From: a virus
Taxonomy: Duplodnaviria; Caudoviricetes
Virus record (IMG/VR): IMGVR_UViG_3300017978_000188
Location: 1-24,389 of that record
Length of the DNA: 24,389 nucleotides
Reading direction: 5' to 3' (one strand)
A program made the translations under genes and the position numbers. The notes beneath the pieces were generated by a model. That model saw nothing but the letters and a program-made list of their open reading frames with translations, was not told the origin of the DNA and searched no databases. This document shows, piece after piece, positions 17,884 through 24,389 of the stretch. Within the stretch, counting starts at the first letter, position 1; the number at the start of each line of letters is the position of its first letter.

Positions 17884-18403
17884 AGTGTTGTTCTTCTGGA
17901 TTCCATTTACGCCACCATTCTTCCCAAGGAAAAACAATCCATTGCGGGTCATTAAATTTATTAATGACTTCGGCGGCATAGTCAATTTTTAAAGTACTTG
18001 TGCTAACTTCGTTATCGTAGAGTACGGCAACACGAACATTGTTATTCCAAATGTCTTGCCATTTACTATCGTTAGGATAACATCCACTAGGCCAGTCCTC
18101 TTTAATCCAACTTAGTGTAGCACCGCTATCATTAATGTCATCTACGATAAGAATCTTCTTACCGTTAAATGAATCTTCAGCCATCCACAGATTGGACTCA
18201 GGAGCAGAAGTTTCGTCACGCAGACTGACCTTCAATGCTTCCATGGGACGTCCAAGGTATTGACTAATAAGGTTGGCTGGCGTAAGCCCGCCTCTAGTAA
18301 TACCTACTACGTAGTCGGGAGTCCAGCCATCAATCCACATTTGGCGAATTAACTCTTGGACTTGACGCTGTACATCATTCCAACTTACGTAGACCTTCTT
18401 CAT
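17876..18403 (-). CDS. purine phosphoribosyltransferase (Gpt/type I PRTase-like)
   Basis: VVGITRGGL, PRPP-binding ILIVDDINDSGAT, C-terminal WIVFPWE. Confidence 0.92.
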   Translation of the reverse strand: MKKVYVSWNDVQRQVQELIRQMWIDGWTPDYVVGITRGGLTPANLISQYLGRPMEALKVSLRDETSAPESNLWMAEDSFNGKKILIVDDINDSGATLSWIKEDWPSGCYPNDSKWQDIWNNNVRVAVLYDNEVSTSTLKIDYAAEVINKFNDPQWIVFPWEEWWRKWNPEEQHYD

Positions 18404-18633
18404 GCTGTCAATCCGTGTGCTAATGCTTGCAATTCTTCTTTAGTCATGAAGAAGTTGTAGACACTAGTTTGATTAACTGTGCCATCTTCTTTAAGACCTT
18501 CGTTGATTAGGTCGACACTAAACAACCCCTTAGGACTAATGACTTCGTGCTTAACTAAGCGAAGACGAAAGCCACTGCTTTCTTTAATAGTCATTTCTTT
18601 GCGTGTGTGCGCCACTGATTCATGAAGTTCCAT
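18400..18633 (-). CDS. hypothetical protein
   Basis: 77-aa ORF, AAGGAG RBS. Confidence 0.75.
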   Translation of the reverse strand: MELHESVAHTRKEMTIKESSGFRLRLVKHEVISPKGLFSVDLINEGLKEDGTVNQTSVYNFFMTKEELQALAHGLTA

Positions 18634-19024
18634 TACTATCTCCTTTTATTGCTTCAAATGTTCTATACTTGGCCAATGCGTTTACGTATTCATCGTACTT
18701 TTTCTTTAGCGATGGATACTTAGCCTCCATTGTAGCATCTCTTTCAGGAATCATCAAGACTTTTTCAATGGTCTTTAACCGTTCTTCTAAATCAATGCCA
18801 TTAATAACAACTTTACCCTTGACTTCTAATGCCGCATCTTTTTCCAAAATAACTTTATTCTCACCGTACGGCATAGTCATTACGGCTTTGCCATTTGAAT
18901 TAGTAAAGTTTGTACTCGAACTGGTCCAACTAGCACCGGAAGTAATAGTGCCGTTTGACGCAAGTGTAGCACCAGTTCCCCCTAATACAGTTGGGTAATT
19001 TACTTTATAATTAAAGTTACTCAA
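18620..19024 (-). CDS. hypothetical protein, Ser/Thr/Gly-rich N-terminus and helical C-terminus
   Basis: 134-aa ORF, GGAG RBS, TTG start. Confidence 0.7.
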   Translation of the reverse strand: MSNFNYKVNYPTVLGGTGATLASNGTITSGASWTSSSTNFTNSNGKAVMTMPYGENKVILEKDAALEVKGKVVINGIDLEERLKTIEKVLMIPERDATMEAKYPSLKKKYDEYVNALAKYRTFEAIKGDSNGTS

Positions 19025-20075
19025 AATAACTCTCCAAAGTGCCTTTACGCTTAACGTCTAGTGTTTGGCAATGGAAGCCACCACTCATTGTACGTGCTTG
19101 ACGCTGTGGCAAGCCAATAGTTTCAATACCGTGCTTGTCTAACACTCTGCGTATGACATCTTGATCTTTGTCAATGATAACAAGATTAGGATTAACACTC
19201 AGCATGTTCATACCAATCCAAGGACTGCAAGGAGGAATACCTCCGGGTAATTCTGTAGGCGCAGTATACATCATATCTGGAGTAATCCAAATCTTATCCC
19301 AGTCTTTAAAGATTTGTGGGTAATGGTCTTCACGCAATCGTGCGCCATTAAACATAACAAGTCCTGGACGCAACGGAATAACTGTTGAATCAAAGTGTGC
19401 AAAGAAGTAAAAGCCTTCTGCTAGGTGTAGTTTGTAACCACGCTTTTCGACAATGTTCTTCATCCACTGATAACCTTTAAGTGTTCCAGTATTAGAAACT
19501 TGATACAACAAGTCCTTGCCTAAGCGCACAACGTTAGGTGCTTCCCAGATAATTTCGTGATTGTTAACTGTAGGCTTGCTTAGGTCTTCTACTTGATACA
19601 AGTCATCTAGCAAAATAGGCTTAGGAGCACTAATCCACTCAACCCCTTCTTCTACTTGCTGTGTTAGATAGTCATAGTAAGCACGGCTTTCGTATTGACG
19701 GCAACGTCCAGGACTTGCGGCTTCTAATACTAGGTTATCTAATGGCAACAATAAATCACGTGGACAGAATGTATACCAGCCAGTTGTAGTCCAGTCGGGA
19801 CTACTAAATTCTTTACTGTGATCGACACTTTTAGGTCTGTGTACCTTAACACCTAAGCCACGAAGTGTATCTGCTAGAATTTCTAAGTCTTCATTTGCTT
19901 CATCACGAATGCGTTGGTCATGAGGACCTTGTAGTACTTGTAATTCTTCTAGTGTGTATTCTGCGTAACTAAACGCTTGTACTGCTTTACTCATTGTTGG
20001 CAACATTGAGTGGTCTGCGGTACCTACGATGATCTCCTCTAATGGATCCCAATCGTTATGTGAGCAAATTGCCAT
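19017..20075 (-). CDS. amidinotransferase (StrB1/glycine amidinotransferase family)
   Basis: SHNDWDPLEEIIVG, FCPRD, WISAPKP, HFDSTVIPLRPGLV, WIGMN, RTMSGGFHCQTLDVKRKG; collinear, from memory, with inosamine-phosphate amidinotransferase. Confidence 0.93.
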   Translation of the reverse strand: MAICSHNDWDPLEEIIVGTADHSMLPTMSKAVQAFSYAEYTLEELQVLQGPHDQRIRDEANEDLEILADTLRGLGVKVHRPKSVDHSKEFSSPDWTTTGWYTFCPRDLLLPLDNLVLEAASPGRCRQYESRAYYDYLTQQVEEGVEWISAPKPILLDDLYQVEDLSKPTVNNHEIIWEAPNVVRLGKDLLYQVSNTGTLKGYQWMKNIVEKRGYKLHLAEGFYFFAHFDSTVIPLRPGLVMFNGARLREDHYPQIFKDWDKIWITPDMMYTAPTELPGGIPPCSPWIGMNMLSVNPNLVIIDKDQDVIRRVLDKHGIETIGLPQRQARTMSGGFHCQTLDVKRKGTLESYFE

Positions 20076-20994
20076 ATTCTTCCTTTATTATTTTTATGAA
20101 TTCATCTTTGTCTAGATGTAGATACTTGTGGAAACTTAACCTGTTTGTCAATCCTCCACGATTGTATTCTTGCCACCTACTGTCTCCTAGGGCAAACATA
20201 ACAGTATTGGAAGGTTCTACGCCTAGTAAGCCGGCAAACTCTAACTGTTTGTGTTTATAGTTGACTGTAATGTAGTCTGGTGAAAACTGTTGTAAAAAGT
20301 AACTGCCTAATTTTGCACCGTACTTGTTATTATAACTTCTATACTGGTAAACAAACAATGGGTCGTCATCATTTATTCTTGTCAAACGCATGCCTACTCT
20401 TGCGTGTGCAATAGGAAAGTATTTGCTGACACTAAATGCAATATCTGTAATACAAGGATAGGTAAAGTCGTAGACCATGTGCGAACTAATGCCATAGTAA
20501 GCACAGTCTATGAGAACAGGAATTTTTAATTCCGTGCATTTATTCATCAGCCATTCATATGACTCGTGTTTGTTACCAGTATCTGCAAATGGGAAACTAA
20601 TGACTACAGCGTCGTTGATGTCTAATAAGTCATCTTCTAGATATTTCCAGTTAGGCCAACTATTACGCCATGCTAATTGGTGATACATATATTCGCCTTT
20701 GAAGCAACGGAATCTACGTGTGTGATTCTTCATGTAGAACTTGTCAAAGGCTTCTGTAGTACCTGCACTGAATACAGGATGCTTGAAATCTTCTAAGCCA
20801 ACAAATCTACTTAGACTTGTGCTGTTAATCCATGCTAGATATTGTTCACAGAATTCGTCAGTGGTATACTTACCAAAGAACGTGTGTTCATTATAAGCAT
20901 CGTAGGAGACCAGCGAATTTATAAAGTTAGGATCTTCTATGGCGAATGCGCCACCTAGAAGTTTGTCTCTATGGTCATAGGTAATCTTAGTCAT
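20056..20994 (-). CDS. PLP-dependent fold-type-I enzyme (aminotransferase/decarboxylase-like)
   Basis: GTTEAF, PFADTGN, VLIDCAY (DxAY), FSVSKYF (Schiff-base Lys), ARVG. Confidence 0.8.
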   Translation of the reverse strand: MTKITYDHRDKLLGGAFAIEDPNFINSLVSYDAYNEHTFFGKYTTDEFCEQYLAWINSTSLSRFVGLEDFKHPVFSAGTTEAFDKFYMKNHTRRFRCFKGEYMYHQLAWRNSWPNWKYLEDDLLDINDAVVISFPFADTGNKHESYEWLMNKCTELKIPVLIDCAYYGISSHMVYDFTYPCITDIAFSVSKYFPIAHARVGMRLTRINDDDPLFVYQYRSYNNKYGAKLGSYFLQQFSPDYITVNYKHKQLEFAGLLGVEPSNTVMFALGDSRWQEYNRGGLTNRLSFHKYLHLDKDEFIKIIKEEYGNLLT

Positions 20995-21592
20995 TTAAAT
21001 GAGTTACCTGCATGACTGTGAAATCTTGAATACCAAAGTTTGCGGCACCGTGCCAAGTGTCGCCGTACCAAGTATAGACATCACCGGCGTTCCATTCACT
21101 GATAACATTGCGACCAATTTGTAATACTTGACCAAAACACCAGTCACTTAGCATCACTGCTGAACGACCTATTTTCTTTTGATGCTCAGGCCCTAAGTTA
21201 TGTTCCTTGATAAATGTAGCATAACTGTCAAAATGCCAAAAACTTAAATATCCGGGAGTAATTTTTAAAAAGTTGTAGTGTTTCTTACCATAGTCAAATT
21301 TATCATAGGCGTGTTGCAAGCCTTTAGATAAGTCAGGACTAAGACACATATAATGCAGTGTGGGTTCTTTAGGAACTTGCCACTCTGCATATAAATCTTC
21401 TAATTGAAGTTTAAGATCTGTGGCATGAGTGTTCCACTTGTCTTCTTTTGGGACTTCGTGTGTTTGATAAGTTTCCAACCATTTAAAGTTAGAAAGGTCT
21501 GCGGGCGACCAAGTCACCGGCAGACTGCTTTTAATTGCTCCAGTTTTAAACCAATTCTTAAACCCTAGAGATTCCAGCAAGGGATTCTTCAT
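20987..21592 (-). CDS. putative 2OG-Fe(II)/cupin-fold oxygenase
   Basis: PG...WHFD (HxD), W.AGDVYTW, WHGAANFG distal His, MQVT. Confidence 0.65.
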   Translation of the reverse strand: MKNPLLESLGFKNWFKTGAIKSSLPVTWSPADLSNFKWLETYQTHEVPKEDKWNTHATDLKLQLEDLYAEWQVPKEPTLHYMCLSPDLSKGLQHAYDKFDYGKKHYNFLKITPGYLSFWHFDSYATFIKEHNLGPEHQKKIGRSAVMLSDWCFGQVLQIGRNVISEWNAGDVYTWYGDTWHGAANFGIQDFTVMQVTHLND

Positions 21593-22052
21593 TTTTATTC
21601 TTCCTGCTTTCTAAATATTGTTCATTGTGTATCCAACGATTATTTACTAGGAATCCCCATTCCCTACGTTGAGGTCCAGGCATAAACATTGTCCAACATT
21701 CTACAGTTGGATCTAATTCAATACGATGATAACTGTTAGCCTTACAAACACGGAAGTGGCCTGGTTTACGCCAGTGTGCAACTTCTCCAAACTTTCGACC
21801 TTCTTTATCGAACTGCGGAATCCATTCCCAGTAACCGCCTTTAAGAATTAAAGTAGCGTAAGGCCATGGATGATCATGCACATCATCGGGGTCTGATTTA
21901 AGAAACTTATGTATGAACACATTAAATGGAAATCTTGTTCTGTCTTTAAGAAAAACATAATACCTTTCGAGATAGGGTTCGTTGGATTCACGATCCATGA
22001 TAATTCGTTTCCGACCAATTTTGTCAAGTAGTTTTAAAAAAGCCTTAATCAT
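21558..22052 (-). CDS. cupin-fold protein
   Basis: HDHPW...GGYWE...HRIEL metal-binding cupin pattern. Confidence 0.7.
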   Translation of the reverse strand: MIKAFLKLLDKIGRKRIIMDRESNEPYLERYYVFLKDRTRFPFNVFIHKFLKSDPDDVHDHPWPYATLILKGGYWEWIPQFDKEGRKFGEVAHWRKPGHFRVCKANSYHRIELDPTVECWTMFMPGPQRREWGFLVNNRWIHNEQYLESRKNKNEESLAGISRV

Positions 22053-23002
22053 TCTGTGCCTTTCTTTATATGCTTTGAAATATAATCCTTGTTGGGTATA
22101 TTTGTCTGTTCAAGTATTGCCTGAAGTTCAGTTTTATCTTCCGGCGATAGGTTTATTATATCTAATTTTTCAGGATAAGTCAAGACATTAGTTGTCCAAG
22201 GTAGTTTCATTCTTTCCACAAACTTTGACAAGTCTATAAGCCCAAACCAGTTGTTGCAATGTATAGTGGTATGAATAGAAATGTCAAAATCTAAATCATC
22301 AACCTGATCGATAAACTTGATAATATCAGCCCATTTACTACCAGAACGCACCCTTTCATTAAGTGCTCCAAAACCGTCTATACTGACAATGAAATTTACA
22401 TTTTTGAATTCATCTAACAATTCTATTGTTTCGCTGTCGAGATCAAATGTTCCGTTAGTATTATAGGTTACTGTAACCAAATGTTTGTTCTTAATCTTTT
22501 TAAGAAACTTTTTATGACGATTAGTCATTAAAGGTTCGCCGCCTAGGAACAATATCTTTTTTATAGTTCTTGGAACAGATGTTATTTCTTTAGTCTTGGT
22601 AATCAGTAATTTTTTGGCAGTGTTAGGATTGTTCTTTTCTGCCCACGCTGAACTAAATTCATCAAAACACCCATCGCAGGTCAAATTACAGATGTTGTCA
22701 AACCCAACTTCAAAGTATTCTAATTTAATTGAGTCTCTATTATACTCTTTATTAAATTGTTGACGTAGACTTTCTTTGCCTAGACTTTCTTCATGATAAC
22801 ATTTTTCACATCCTGCAATGGGAATGCCGGCAGTACTTTGTTCCCTCAATGTTTTATATTCGTCTGAAGAAAGTATTTTGATCAATGAGCCCGTGAAAAT
22901 ACCTGCCGGCGTTTTAAAACGACAGCAGGGAAAAATCCTGTCATCACCTCTTAGATTAGCGTGTCGCCAGAATGCAGAACATATAACTCCATTATCTTTC
23001 AT
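22049..23002 (-). CDS. radical SAM protein with N-terminal SPASM/twitch domain
   Basis: CSAFW...PCC...CEKC, CNLTCDGC, LGGEPL, NTNGT, VSIDG; same architecture as 3703..4782. Confidence 0.9.
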   Translation of the reverse strand: MKDNGVICSAFWRHANLRGDDRIFPCCRFKTPAGIFTGSLIKILSSDEYKTLREQSTAGIPIAGCEKCYHEESLGKESLRQQFNKEYNRDSIKLEYFEVGFDNICNLTCDGCFDEFSSAWAEKNNPNTAKKLLITKTKEITSVPRTIKKILFLGGEPLMTNRHKKFLKKIKNKHLVTVTYNTNGTFDLDSETIELLDEFKNVNFIVSIDGFGALNERVRSGSKWADIIKFIDQVDDLDFDISIHTTIHCNNWFGLIDLSKFVERMKLPWTTNVLTYPEKLDIINLSPEDKTELQAILEQTNIPNKDYISKHIKKGTE

Positions 23003-23399
23003 TATCCTTTTTCTTCGATTCCCAATCGTCTTTACACATATTGTAATATGCTTTCATATGTTCGTAGACTTTTTCTAAACCAGGATACTCTTTACACATC
23101 TTATTAAATTCTTCCCATTCAGGAAATGCATTAACAAATGGTTCTGGTGGTCTCCATAATCCGCTAGGATGACCAAACGGGATATCTGCTGAACCTGTAA
23201 TAGTTATAGTGTCACTTGCAGTAAGTGAAGAGTAAGTGTACATAGACTGACCTGCACCATAATTACTCAAATCAATAGTAATTGATCCTATATCTAAGTC
23301 TATAGGATTACTTGAGATTGTTATAGAGCCCGTTGGCTGAGAAGAAGTTATCTCCAAGGTCTCTGGTTTGTTTTCTGAGTTGTGGTAAAAACTTGTCAT
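22992..23399 (-). CDS. hypothetical protein, Ser/Thr-rich N-terminus and helical C-terminus
   Basis: 135-aa ORF; start uncertain because of a 92-bp overlap with the glycosyltransferase. Confidence 0.65.
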   Translation of the reverse strand: MTSFYHNSENKPETLEITSSQPTGSITISSNPIDLDIGSITIDLSNYGAGQSMYTYSSLTASDTITITGSADIPFGHPSGLWRPPEPFVNAFPEWEEFNKMCKEYPGLEKVYEHMKAYYNMCKDDWESKKKDNER

Positions 23400-24375
23400 A
23401 ATTATCCATGTATTGTATTATTTTTTGACAAATGTGTGGACGATATTCTTGATACTTTTTCCAACTTTCAGTCCACTCACTAGGATACTTAAATGTGTCA
23501 TAGGCCATTTCGCTGTAACTTAAACGATCCGGAACCATAGGAATAGCATCAACTACTGCACCTTCGTACCAACTAATCCCCAGTGTCTCTTGTAAGTTTG
23601 CTGAGAACACTAACTTCGCTTCGCCTAACAAGTTATGATATTCATTCTTTGTTAGTTGTTGATCCTGACAGACTACGAACTCGTACTGTGGCAAGTGTTC
23701 TTTTAGATCTCTAAAAATTTCAACTTGCTTCTCGGGTGCGATGCGATGTGGGAATAAGATTAGGTCACGCTTCTTCATGCCTTTGTACGGAGTAAGTGTA
23801 TCTTCCATATACTCCATAGGCCAGCCTGTGCGTACAACTTTGCCTGTTACGTTGGCGTTAGGGTCGTATCCGCCTTTGCCTAACAAGTTTTTGCCAAACA
23901 TTTCAATATGAAACGTTGTGGCAAAGTAGTTATGGTCGAATGCGTGATAGAAACTCTGCTCTGCATGACGTACCCAAGGTTTATCACCGACTAATCGTCC
24001 AAGAAAGTCTTGAGGGTCGTAACTACCCGCATGCCATAACCCATGTATAGTTACTGGAATACCTAGCAACTCACTCATATACTTTAAGTTGATGACACCA
24101 GGATGCCAAGCATCTGTAAAGATAAAATGGTCACCAGCAAGTATTTTGCCCCCAGTGAAGAGTCTACCCATTTCTTCAACTTGTGCAGCCTTATAGATAT
24201 TGGTGCCGCCAAAATTAAGAAAAGCACCAGGAGTAGTAGCACTTGGGATATTAGTAGGACCTGATATAATGTGTACATTATGTCCTGCCTTTCGCAAGAT
24301 AGCAGGTAGGTGAGTTTTCCACTCGCCTGTATAACGAGTGGAAACTGCTTCGAGATCTACTAAGTAGATGGTCAC
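23308..24375 (-). CDS. GT-B fold (GT4-like) glycosyltransferase
   Basis: ILFPHRIAPEKQ, QETLGISWYEG (Ex7E), PMVPDRLSYSE; GTG start overlapping the TGA of an upstream gene cut by the window edge. Confidence 0.8.
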   Translation of the reverse strand: MTIYLVDLEAVSTRYTGEWKTHLPAILRKAGHNVHIISGPTNIPSATTPGAFLNFGGTNIYKAAQVEEMGRLFTGGKILAGDHFIFTDAWHPGVINLKYMSELLGIPVTIHGLWHAGSYDPQDFLGRLVGDKPWVRHAEQSFYHAFDHNYFATTFHIEMFGKNLLGKGGYDPNANVTGKVVRTGWPMEYMEDTLTPYKGMKKRDLILFPHRIAPEKQVEIFRDLKEHLPQYEFVVCQDQQLTKNEYHNLLGEAKLVFSANLQETLGISWYEGAVVDAIPMVPDRLSYSEMAYDTFKYPSEWTESWKKYQEYRPHICQKIIQYMDNYDKFLPQLRKQTRDLGDNFFSANGLYNNLK

Positions 24376-24389
24376 TGACGACCATTCCT

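Noticed and set aside
19017-20075. Amidinotransferase as an archaeosine (G+) synthase
   Set aside because: Known G+ enzymes (ArcS, QueF-L, Gat-QueC) add ammonia to the preQ0 nitrile and belong to other families; this enzyme transfers an amidino group to an amine.
1883-24278. Other short nested or antisense ORFs in the track (e.g. 1883..2065, 4020..4232, 7706..7942, 13797..14159, 15188..15676, 15744..16106, 17548..17955, 18603..18998, 24084..24278)
   Set aside because: They overlap better-supported genes and show no recognisable motif.
1-24389. Stop-codon reassignment, tRNAs, CRISPR arrays, mobile elements
   Set aside because: Recognisable genes are full length under the standard code with TAA, TAG and TGA all used as stops; intergenic gaps are under about 100 bp and show no cloverleaf, repeat array, transposase or homing endonuclease.

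Overview
Densely packed, AT-rich, standard-code region that reads as part of a large tailed dsDNA phage genome. This origin is inferred from the T4-like RNase H, adjacent DHFR/thyA, many small ORFans, overlapping start/stop codons and the absence of cellular housekeeping operons. Bases 1-6088 (+) hold an accessory enzyme cassette: a kinase-like ORF truncated by the window edge, a 2OG-Fe(II)-like oxygenase, and an alternating radical SAM / GT10-like / radical SAM / GT10-like series. Bases 6085-24389 (-) hold thyA, DHFR, a MoxR-like AAA ATPase plus vWA/metallopeptidase pair (each with its own near-consensus sigma70 promoter), RNase H, the 7-deazaguanine genes queE and folE, a CDGSH-like Fe-S miniprotein, DUF3307, HIT, a purine phosphoribosyltransferase, and a secondary-metabolite-like cluster (glycosyltransferase, twitch radical SAM, cupin, 2OG-Fe(II)-like oxygenase, PLP enzyme, StrB1/AGAT-type amidinotransferase). 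The two modification cassettes are the best candidates for an undescribed system. All assignments come from motif recognition by eye; no searches were run.
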